Positions 1 to 10,425 of a DNA stretch of 64,000 nt are shown here, piece after piece. The stretch lies in contig NC_068987.1 in assembly GCF_001194135.2 (NCBI RefSeq), forward strand, positions 98,405,057 to 98,469,056, in the 5' to 3' direction. A program made the position numbers and the translations under genes. Each line of letters starts with the position of its first letter. Position 1 is the first letter of the stretch. This DNA is from Octopus bimaculoides. Lineage: Eukaryota. Under the pieces are notes generated by a model that made no database searches, was not told the origin of the DNA, and saw only the letters and a list, made by a program, of their open reading frames with translations.

Positions 1-252
1 CAATCCAAACACAGACAGGTGTTGCTGCAAGGAGTGGCCGGCAGAGCGGAAGTGGCGTGACACCGAGGTGTCATTACCAACGTTGATGTCTCGGACGTGT
101 TCCGCGAATCGGTCGGCCAGGCGGCGCCCCGTTTGTCCGATGTACCGAGAATGGCAGAGAGAGCAGGAGAGGCAATTGATGAGGTTGGTAGAAGTGCAGG
201 TGAAGGAGTCGGTGATGTGATAGGGTCGGTGATGGGTGCTGGTGAGGAGGGT
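1..252 (-). mobile_element. Penelope-like element GIY-YIG endonuclease fragment (runs off the window start)
   Basis: Manual minus-strand translation gives 84 open codons: TLLTSTHHRPYHITDSFTCTSTNLINCLSCSLCHSRYIGQTGRRLADRFAEHVRDINVGNDTSVSRHFRSAGHSLQQHLSVFGL. The FTC..N(L)I(Y)C..C..C...YIGQT.R.L..RF.EH...HF pattern is typical of PLE GIY-YIG domains. Truncated upstream by (TA)n. Confidence 0.9.
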
Positions 253-302
<50 letters not shown>

Positions 303-1193
303 TACATAGGTACTTATATCGAGTAATATAGTCTTCAATGTAGCCTCAACTCAACACCGTAGATAAATACTTTTGAGAGTTTTGTCTGCTATTTTCACCT
401 GCCTGAGCGATCATGAGTCAGTTTCCTTGTGAACGAAGCAAAATTGTTTGTCAATGTAACCTTTTCGCTCTGACTTTCTATATTTTGCACTTTATATTCC
501 ATGTCTTCAAACTATGTGACTGAACTACCAAGTTATCTATTTCATACCCTCAGCGAAATAGTCACCTCTAGAGAGCCTGTGATTAATGTATTTGTTACGG
601 ATACTCATACGAGGCGAAGATTTTTCTTCAGCACACATATATTTCATCACTTTAACATCATTATTCTAAGATGCCGTTATGATAATTGCTATTCATATTT
701 CTATGGTTTCTATTTCAAATTATTTTCGCTAGAGATAAGCTTGTTACATACATACATACATACATACATAAATACATACATACATATATATATTTATGAC
801 AAAAGAAAAAAAAGATCTCCTTTTTCTCCTCCTTTCGTCCTTCCTTTCCTTCTTTTTGCATTTGTTTTCTCTTTTTCTTGTCCTTTCTGTCTTCCTCTCT
901 TTCTCTCCTCTCTTTCTCTCCTCTCTTCTTTCCACTTTCCACTTTCTTTTTTTCTACATACAAACACACACACATATAGATTACAAAAGAAAACAGAAGA
1001 TCCCTCTTTTTCTAGATTTCAATAAAAAGCAAAGAAATGTTCCTTTAAAATTTACATCTGTGGAGTTTCGATGAATGCGACGAAAGGAATCATAAAGAAT
1101 TATCCAAAATTCTTACCTACTGCTTCTTCTTTACACACACATACACGCACACACACACACGCACACACACACGCACATACACACGCACGCACG

Positions 1194-1242
<49 letters not shown>

Positions 1243-2035
1243 NNNNNNNNNNNNNNNNNNNNNNNNNNNNNNNNNNNNNNNNNNNNNNNNNNNNNNNNNN
1301 NNNNNNNNNNNNNNNNNNNNNNNNNNNNNNNNNNNNNNNNNNNNNNNNNNNNNNNNNNNNNNNNNNNNNNNNNNNNNNNNNNNNNNNNNNNNNNNNNNNN
1401 NNNNNNNNNNNNNNNNNNNNNNNNNNNNNNNNNNNNNNNNNNNNNNNNNNNNNNNNNNNNNNNNNNNNNNNNNNNNNNNNNNNNNNNNNNNNNNNNNNNN
1501 NNNNNNNNNNNNNNNNNNNNNNNNNNNNNNNNNNNNNNNNNNNNNNNNNNNNNNNNNNNNNNNNNNNNNNNNNNNNNNNNNNNNNNNNNNNNNNNNNNNN
1601 NNNNNNNNNNNNNNNNNNNNNNNNNNNNNNNNNNNNNNNNNNNNNNNNNNNNNNNNNNNNNNNNNNNNNNNNNNNNNNNNNNNNNNNNNNNNNNNNNNNN
1701 NNNNNNNNNNNNNNNNNNNNNNNNNNNNNNNNNNNNNNNNNNNNNNNNNNNNNNNNNNNNNNNNNNNNNNNNNNNNNNNNNNNNNNNNNNNNNNNNNNNN
1801 NNNNNNNNNNNNNNNNNNNNNNNNNNNNNNNNNNNNNNNNNNNNNNNNNNNNNNNNNNNNNNNNNNNNNNNNNNNNNNNNNNNNNNNNNNNNNNNNNNNN
1901 NNNNNNNNNNNNNNNNNNNNNNNNNNNNNNNNNNNNNNNNNNNNNNNNNNNNNNNNNNNNNNNNNNNNNNNNNNNNNNNNNNNNNNNNNNNNNNNNNNNN
2001 NNNNNNNNNNNNNNNNNNNNNNNNNNNNNNNNNNN

Positions 2036-2128
<93 letters not shown>

Positions 2129-2847
2129 ATATACTCACATACAGGGTGATGCAAAAGGTAGATATACAGTTATGAAAATAGAGAACAACACGTACAATAC
2201 TCATTTATTTTTATCAAAAAAATTAAACGTTACGATAAAAGTATGATTATAGTTATCATAAATGTATTATTATGATTAATGACACTGAAAATATCAAAAA
2301 TGAGGCAAACTAATTTAATAATTTTAATGAATTAAGTATTATAACATTGCTGTGTTACTTCCTGTATACCTACATTTGCACACCACGTATATAGATTTAT
2401 ATATGCCATGTGTCGTTGAGTGGATAATGGTAGTTTCATACTAAAATGTTTGTATGAACGATAGGAAAGTTAAGTCGTAAAAATGCGTTGATATTTGTGA
2501 ATCTTCAGATAACATCGAAAACTAACGCTAACATTAAATGTATTTATTTATATGTTAGAACTTAAATTTATTTTATAAAATAGTCATCTTCATCATTAGA
2601 TTACATTGACGTCATCATATTACTAAGTGATAGTTAAACGATATTTGTTTAATATATTTATGTGGGTGATGTATAATTAATGAATATATTTTATGTAGGT
2701 GATAAGTAGGTTTGCCGTTTCAAAAGAAATGTTATTTTTTGTGGATATGTAAAGATTACCTCCCTCATTAGATTGCACTTGTGGGCGTCAACATGACAGG
2801 CTATCATATTATGAGACATTATCGCTGCTCAATTGATAATTTAGGTG

Positions 2848-4109
2848 AAGGGGTAACCAACATTATTTTCACCGCGGGCCAGATAACTGAGGGAATGACG
2901 AGCGCGGGCCGCATAAATATTTTTTTTCCAATTCAATACACTGAATACACAAACATTAAAGACACCAACATATTTATTTACCAAGAATTTATCACAGAAG
3001 GAGACATTTGCAATAAGACATATCATACCCAGTACGCACATATCCGAATCTCACAAGCTAAGCAGCAAAAGCGATTAATGAATCTGGTGGTTACCTTTTA
3101 AGATACCATCAATATTTGCTTTGGAATTGTTGCATCCAACCAAGAGAATTGCTTTGAAATGTTCATCAGTCGACCTCGTTCGATGTGCTGACCTCACATA
3201 CTTCATTTTTGAAATTGTTTCTTCACAAGCATAAGTTGTTCCAAACACTAATGCCATACCAGAGGAAAATTTCTTCAAATGTGAAAACTCATCATCAGGT
3301 AAGTAGCAATGAAATTCAACAAGCTTTCCTTTCCTATGCTTCTCTTTCAACAAGTCATTTGCTTGCAAATCAATGAGCTCCAACTGCAGTTTGACTGGCA
3401 TGTCATCAATGTTACAATCAAACGGATTCTGGAACAGAAGAATGTCACTCTCAATTCTGTAGAGAGCTGAAAATCTCTTCAAAAATGCTTCTTTAAGTCA
3501 CGAATAATCTTTTTAGGAAACTCGAGTTTGACATCTTCTGCGATTCCAGCGCGAAACCTTTTGAAACTCATCCAGCGCCAGAGAATACAAGAAGAAGCTC
3601 CAAGCTTTCTCGCGTATCTGTAGCACTATGTCCTCCCCAAGTTCTTCTGTTCTCCACACTACTGAACTTGCTAAAAGGCTGATACTTCCAAACAAATCGG
3701 CTTTCTCAGGACACAAGCCATTTGCTGCTTCCATCATACACTCTTTGATGCAGCTGCCGTCAGTAAACTGTTTTCCTCGCACTGCCATCTTATGCAATAT
3801 TTTGTAACTTGTACGAGTGACAGATTGATTTTCAGCAAGCATTCTCGTGAAGAGATTCCTTTGAAATTCCAAACTACGTTTCATTAAATTAAATTTCTCA
3901 GAACGTAGCTTTCCAGAAAACATCGAATATGTTGACAGATATTTTGATTCATATCGACTCTGAAGATTGTGCTCTTTCAAAACGGCAACACATTTTCTTT
4001 CATATCATGCAACTAGCTTTCTGGTTGTTTGTTTCCACAAATAAGTACCTTTCTTTCCATTCTTCATTGGAAAGACGTCACTCAGCATTTACGTTTCTTT
4101 TATAGTCAT
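2848..4109 (-). mobile_element. Internally deleted hAT transposon, SPIN/GTF2IRD2-like transposase remnant
   Basis: Degenerate N-terminus from the ATG at 4109 (..EEWKERYLFVE..CMI..VAVLKEHNLQSRYESK..GKQFTDGSCIKECMMEAA..CPEK..YSLALDE), joined at about 3566 to the C-terminal dimerisation region (LFQNPF..LQLELIDLQ..EFSHLKKF..FGTTYACEETISKMK..RTRSTDEH). GCGGGCC subterminal motifs at 2874-2910 and a degenerate terminus AAGGGGTAACCAAC at 2848. The element's other end was not located. Confidence 0.88.
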
Positions 4110-4984
4110 AACAATGTGTGAAGAAAGCAGAATCTGAAAATGAAAAACAACTGTTTATTTACACATTGAATATTCTACAAAAAAGTTTTAGAAAAATAAT
4201 AATGTTTCAAAATTATTTTGACATTTATATAAACATAACAAACTAAATGTAAATAGTCTAACACACTGTGCCATAATGCATGTGCATAAAAACGTGTGTA
4301 ATGAAAAAGCTTTGCACATCCTCATGGAAATTTTCATTGCCAAAACGAGGGTAGAAATGTTTGTAATGATTTGAAGTAGTTTTCCATATGTACGATACAG
4401 AATAAGCTGCATTAGCATCAACACTAGCTAGAATGAATAACAACATTAGAAGCTCTCCGTTTTTCAACAATGTCATTCAATTATTTCGGCAAAGTTTCTT
4501 TTTCCGTCCACAGGCCAGTAAGGAGTTTCATTTGTGATGACAGTGAAGGCTAACAAAATGAAAGCAAGTATGCATTTGCAAGCTCAAACGTCCCAGAGCT
4601 GACTGCCGACAACTGCAAGTACACTCGCTCAGAGCATATGCGCATTCCCTGTTGCTGAAATGGCACCTAGAATGAAAAAGATTGATTACATTATAAATTC
4701 TACACTGCTTAAAACATATTATGACGCTTAGATCAGAAATTTTGAAAATTAAGGGTATCTATTTACTTCCTGCATGTCTGTGTATATATAATATAATAAT
4801 ATATAAATATATGCATACATACATACATGCATACATACATACATATATATGTACATACCTACATACATATACATGCATATATGGGTACAGAACATCAAAA
4901 AGAAAACATGAAAAAAATGAGAAACGCGAACATAAAAAATAAAAACATAGAAAGCAGACATTTTTTCGAACAACGCAAGAAGCA

Positions 4985-5390
4985 AATAGAGGAACGAGAC
5001 AGGTAACGTAAAGAACAATCACTTCATCAGTTGTCTCCTGTTTTATCTACTCCGCGTTTCGAACGTAGGGACAAGACGCGACTTCGTTAAAACAGCCCCT
5101 CCCGAAAATCAAATTAAATAAAATTTGGGATTTTTTGCGGAGGGTTAAAGTGGTAACAAAAACAGGACAGTAAGAACAAAACAGTAGAAACAAAAGGTGA
5201 GGGCTGTTAAGCCAAGTTGATGTGAAATGGTGAACACTAGAAAAACGAGCTTTAAGAAGAGACAGGAAAAAGCAGGTCTTGTCTTTAGGAAGGAAGTGGT
5301 AGAAAGAAAGATGGATAACCGTTGGTCACGTGTGAGGAACGAGAGAGTCAAGGAGGAAGAGTGAGGGAGTGAGAGGGAATGGTAATGATA
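4985..5390 (-). mobile_element. Probable PLE terminal-repeat (pLTR)-derived fragment
   Basis: Minus strand is pyrimidine-rich and carries ...TTCGAAACGCGG...CTGATGAAG motifs like those seen in PLE termini. No coding evidence. Confidence 0.35.
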
Positions 5391-6448
5391 ATTAAATAAA
5401 CGTTTTTAGCTTTAAATAGTATAGCTTTAACTATTACACCGGTTAAATATGTACTAATTCTATCTTCATTATTATTTTAAACTTAAACTTCGTTCAAATT
5501 GTATTTAAAACAAAGATAATTTAAAACAATGATAATTTATGTAAGCTGTTTTTTTGTATATAATATACATGTTATTATAATGGATGAAGGGAAGATTATT
5601 GAATGGTTATTATTTTGATATTTTGATATTTTTAATAATTTTTCTATCTTTATAAAATAAGTATTTCATATTAATTCATTTGGTACTTATTGTTGGTTGA
5701 GATATAGATATATCTAATTATTGTTCNNNNNNNNNNNNNNNNNNNNNNNNNNNNNNNNNNNNNNNNNNNNNNNNNNNNNNNNNNNNNNNNNNNNNNNNNN
5801 NNNNNNNNNNNNNNNNNNNNNNNNNNNNNNNNNNNNNNNNNNNNNNNNNNNNNNNNNNNNNNNNNNNNNNNNNNNNNNNNNNNNNNNNNNNNNNNNNNNN
5901 NNNNNNNNNNNNNNNNNNNNNNNNNNNNNNNNNNNNNNNNNNNNNNNNNNNNNNNNNNNNNNNNNNNNNNNNNNNNNNNNNNNNNNNNNNNNNNNNNNNN
6001 NNNNNNNNNNNNNNNNNNNNNNNNNNNNNNNNNNNNNNNNNNNNNNNNNNNNNNNNNNNNNNNNNNNNNNNNNNNNNNNNNNNNNNNNNNNNNNNNNNNN
6101 NNNNNNNNNNNNNNNNNNNNNNNNNNNNNNNNNNNNNNNNNNNNNNNNNNNNNNNNNNNNNNNNNNNNNNNNNNNNNNNNNNNNNNNNNNNNNNNNNNNN
6201 NNNNNNNNNNNNNNNNNNNNNNNNNNNNNNNNNNNNNNNNNNNNNNNNNNNNNNNNNNNNNNNNNNNNNNNNNNNNNNNNNNNNNNNNNNNNNNNNNNNN
6301 NNNNNNNNNNNNNNNNNNNNNNNNNNNNNNNNNNNNNNNNNNNNNNNNNNNNNNNNNNNNNNNNNNNNNNNNNNNNNNNNNNNNNNNNNNNNNNNNNNNN
6401 NNNNNNNNNNNNNNNNNNNNNNNNNNNNNNNNNNNNNNNNNNNNAAAT

Positions 6449-6752
6449 GTTTAGAATGATACAACTATGCACTATAGAACAAAAAATGGACTATATACCT
6501 GTTATAATTTGGTTATCTATAGTCCGATGATATTTCGGAATTACAATTCCTTCTTCAGATCTTTGCTGGAGTCTCTGCTATAAACTTATAAACTCTGCTA
6601 TAAACTTCTTATTTTTATAGCAGAGACTCCAGCAAAGAAGATCTGAAGAAGGAATTGTAATTCCGAAATATCATCGGACTATAAATAACCAAATTACAAC
6701 AGGTATATAGTCCATTTTTTGTTCTATAGTGCATTGTTGTACCATTCTAAAC
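6449..6752. repeat. Long inverted repeat (about 135 bp arms, 29 bp spacer), probably inverted PLE terminal repeats
   Basis: 6449-6584 is the reverse complement of 6614-6752 with only a few substitutions and a 3-nt indel. The spacer contains a duplicated CTCTGCTATAAACTT. Confidence 0.95.
6640..6675 (+). ncRNA. Minimal type-I hammerhead ribozyme-like motif (mirror copy at 6526-6561, minus)
   Basis: GAT-CTGAAGA-A-GGAATT-GT-AATTCC-GAAA-TA-TC-ATC: intact core, 6-bp stem II, palindromic AUAU stem III, AUC cleavage triplet, but only a 3-bp stem I. Confidence 0.6.
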
Positions 6753-7885
6753 TTTTTATTCTTTACAAACAACACACAATGCTTCAAGCGAACCACAGTG
6801 CTCTCATATATATATATATAAATATATATATAGATATAATACAAAATGGGACAAGAACGCAAAGCATCCAGACAATTAGGTGATACAAGAAAGGGACAAG
6901 ACATCCAGATAGACGATACAAAGAAACAAGGACAGGTCATTCGTAGTTTTCTTTCCTCAGTCGAGATCCAGATTATCTTTGCAATTTCGTCTGTTCTTCT
7001 GTCTTTTTCCTGTAACGCCATATTGTCATGTGTTTTATATATTATAAATTCTACGCATTAAGCTTAATATTTGAGTTCACGGAGGGACGCCACATTGTCA
7101 CGTGACTTACTTTGTATAAATTCTACGCATTAAGGTTTAAATTAGAGTTAACAAGAGATCGTCGATAAGATAAGTGATGCCGTTTATTTTGCTAATATTG
7201 TTTAACGTTCGAATTTATTTATTTAATAACTCTATCTTTTTATATGTATTTCTGTTCATAAAGATGTTTACCATTAGTCCACAGATATTATTTTAGATGA
7301 ATCAGACCTTTAACTTGAATTATTAGTATTAAGCGTTTACATTTCATTTATCGTACTAACGAGAGCTTTCCTACAAGTACTGATATTTTTATTATTTATT
7401 TAGTAAGATACGTTATTTGAATTCTTATTTTTTCCAGAGGCCTGATGAGTGACTGTATTTTGAGTAGAATATAATCTTGATCAACTTATTGTGAATTGTA
7501 CTGGTTTTTTCTGCTATAATGTGGCCATAAAACGCGCGTAGTGAACACTTTACCTTATATTTTATCAATTTACTAAGTTGAATTAAATTTTTAGTCTAGT
7601 ATTTTATAGATTTTTATAGTTTTATACTTTTCTTTTAGATTTTATAGATTTTAAAATTAGTATTTTGTAGAGTACGCTTTTCTTGATGGTGATTGGTCTC
7701 CATCATTGTTTGAATTGTATATTGATGGTTCTTCACTAAATTATATTTATATACATATATAATTTATCATAAAATTCAATTTGGTATTACTAAATTGAAT
7801 ATTCCTGTATGTGTGGAATTTTACATTCCATAACATTATAATATTTCTATACACACACACACACCCACACCCACACCCATATATA

Positions 7886-8376
7886 TATAAATTGAAGAAA
7901 TTGGTGTCAACAAGAAGGAGTACATTTAGACAGTTATTTTTTAATCACTAGAATTGCTAGGACGCAACGTAGTTCTCCAGAAATACAGCTATTTGATTTG
8001 GTAACTGTTTGTTTGCATGAGATGTAGTTGTGTTTCCTCAGGTGATATGCAAGTGTTGTCTCCGTTAGTTTAAAATCGTCGACTTCAAGGCCATCCACTC
8101 CGTCCGTCGTGTTTTGAATTTAGTGATAGCCGATAGGCTCATAGTGTGTGCAGCACACTCCATGTGTCTATCAGCTACTACTAAATTCAAATCACGATAG
8201 CACTAGCATATCGCCTGAGGAAATACAACTAGATCTCATAATGCATACAAATAGTTGCATAATTAAATACGTGTATTCATGGAGAACTACGATGCGTCGA
8301 AACAATTGTTGCGATTAATAAATAATCGTCCAAACTGTACTCCTTCTTGTTGACTCCAGTTTCTTCAATTCTATAT
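7886..8376. repeat. About 490 bp foldback (imperfect palindrome)
   Basis: 7886-8060 pairs with 8196-8376, and 8109-8151 pairs with 8157-8195. A 48-nt unpaired insert (8061-8108) lies in the left arm and the loop is small. Confidence 0.9.
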
Positions 8377-8863
8377 TCACAGACGACTAATGCCCAAGCT
8401 TAAACTTGGAGGTATATAATAATACTACCGGATAGTACTGGGTAATTTTGAACGCGGACGAACTTTATACTGTACTCTACCACGTTCCTAAAGGAATATA
8501 CCATAACTACACACACACACATAGTGAAATAGACAGACATTAACAAATTGCACAGAAGGTAGCAATTTGAAAAATCACATACAGGTAGTGGAGTGGGGCG
8601 TGGTGGTGGTGGCGTAAGATGTGTGCTTTGGTGTTGGCTGGTGTTGCTTGTACGAATTGTATGTCTTGTTCCAGGTAAATGAGTGAAATTGCAGTTACTG
8701 CGTATGCATGGTATCTTGCATTGAGAAAACTGACATATTTTGGGATGTCGTGCGTTTGAAGATTTTACGTTATTTAAAGTTAGCAGATTTATCATGGAAC
8801 TGTGTATACATTCAGATTGAAGTGGACAGTGCTGGGAAGAAAGGTAAGATTCCTCAGTAATTA

Positions 8864-8902
<39 letters not shown>

Positions 8903-9058
8903 CTATGATAGTGGCATGGTAATAATAATGATATGTCAGTTGTAGTATTCATAGAAAATGAAGAATGTGAATAGCTGGACAGTGAATGACTTTTCATTGT
9001 AGAGTTTTATAGGTTATCAATTGTGTAAATTTTGAGGATTGGCCGTATTGCTGGTCAT

Positions 9059-9109
<51 letters not shown>

Positions 9110-9112
9110 ATA

Positions 9113-9515
9113 TCTCTTTTACTTGTTTCAGTCTTTTGACTGTGGCCATGCTGGGGCACCACCTTTAGTCGAGCAAATCGACCCCAGGACTTATTCTTTG
9201 GAAGCCTAGTACTTATTCTATCGCTCTCTTTTGCCGAACCGCTAAGTTACGGGAACATAAACACACCAGCATCGGTTGTCAAGCGATGTGGGGGGGGACA
9301 AACACAGACATACAAACACATACACACATACATATATATATATACATATATACGACAGGCTTATTTCAGTTTCCGTCTACCAAATCCACTCACAAGGCTT
9401 TGGTCGGCCCGAGGCTATAGTAGAAGACACTTGCCCAAGATGCCACGCAGTGGGACTGAACCCGGGACCATGTGGTTGGTAAGCAAGCTACTTACCACAC
9501 AGCCACTCCTACGCC
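9113..9515 (-). mobile_element. tRNA-derived SINE, family 1, full length
   Basis: Head GGCGTAGGAGTGGCTGTGTGG (A box) and GGTTCAGTCCC (B box), internal TA/TG microsatellite, tail GGTGCCCCAGCATGGCC..CTGAAACAAGTAAAAGAG. Matches the copies at 37404 and 38597. Confidence 0.9.
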
Positions 9516-9859
9516 TATATATGTACTTTTATTTTTGATGTCGATGATGCTTTAGTTCCGTAGTATATTTCCCTACAGAATTCCTTAGAAATTTTATGAC
9601 CAGCTTCATCAATAAACATCTTGGTCTTTTTTATTTTTCTTGTTTAGTTTTTGTCCTTTGTTCTAGTTTTGAAAAGAAACCTAACTTCAAACACATTTTT
9701 TACAGATCAATTTTTGGACACTATTTAAGGGCGCAAATTTTGATTTTGTATCCCCTAAAATCTTTAGTGCGTGCAAGCGCACCACTTTCAGACCTTGTTT
9801 CCGGGCCATTGGTTGCAGGAATGAACTCTCATTGCAGATACTTACACAAAAGGTATAGT

Positions 9860-9960
9860 GCGGCGGCGGGCCGTATGTACTGACCACGCGCACCAGATGT
9901 GGCCCGCGGCCCGGATGTACTGACCACGCGCACCGGATCTGGCCCGCGGGCCGTAGTTTA
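9860..9960. mobile_element. hAT (Charlie/SPIN-type) subterminal remnant with a 40-bp tandem duplication
   Basis: GGCCCGCGGGCCGTAGTTT motif typical of hAT ends. Units 9875-9914 and 9915-9954 are near-identical. Confidence 0.6.
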
Positions 9961-10289
9961 GTGTGAACTAAATTTTAAGTCATGTGACGTTCAAAACGTT
10001 TGTTTAAGTATCCTCAATAACTTACCCTCTCTTTCATTACGTTCCTATTGCAATTAATCGGATAAAAAATAGAACCATTTTGTGATCTGATTTGTTTCAT
10101 CGTTGCAGCAGATACCATGTCCAAATACACGGATTACGTATGGACACGTGAATCACAAGATCAGAGTAAAGAATTCAAGATACCTTCCCCACCATTTCAG
10201 GTCCCCTACCGGTAATCTGAAACTGATTTCATATTCGAACCACCTCGATGCGAACCTATGCTACTGTGGATTTGTTTCATTTAACATTT

Positions 10290-10328
10290 TGAACCTGAAG
10301 AAGACACGATCTGTTGAAATATTATTTA
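10290..10328 (+). ncRNA. Degenerate hammerhead ribozyme-like motif
   Basis: TGAAC-CTGAAGA-A-GACA-CGATC-TGTT-GAAA-TA-TT-ATTTA. Same architecture as the 6640 motif, with a G-U pair closing stem II and a mismatch at the base of stem I. Confidence 0.4.
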
Positions 10329-10372
10329 AATCGTTAAATAAGCAACCTCTACTGCAAATCGCATTGCACTCT

Positions 10373-10425
<53 letters not shown>

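Noticed and set aside
2140-2700. TA-CAGGGTG Tc1/mariner-like termini at 2140, 16579 and 34666-34676
   Set aside because: No matching second TIR or convincing transposase could be identified by eye, so boundaries are unsupported.
7435-7480. CTGATGA motif at 7442, and similar partial motifs near 5025, 6955, 50965 and 60192
   Set aside because: The GAAA box or stems are missing or broken. At most these are unrecognisably decayed PLE termini.
9440-9515. tRNA-like A/B boxes here and at 32100-32163, 37404 and 38597 as tRNA genes
   Set aside because: They continue into SINE bodies and tails, and I could not build a cloverleaf or acceptor stem.
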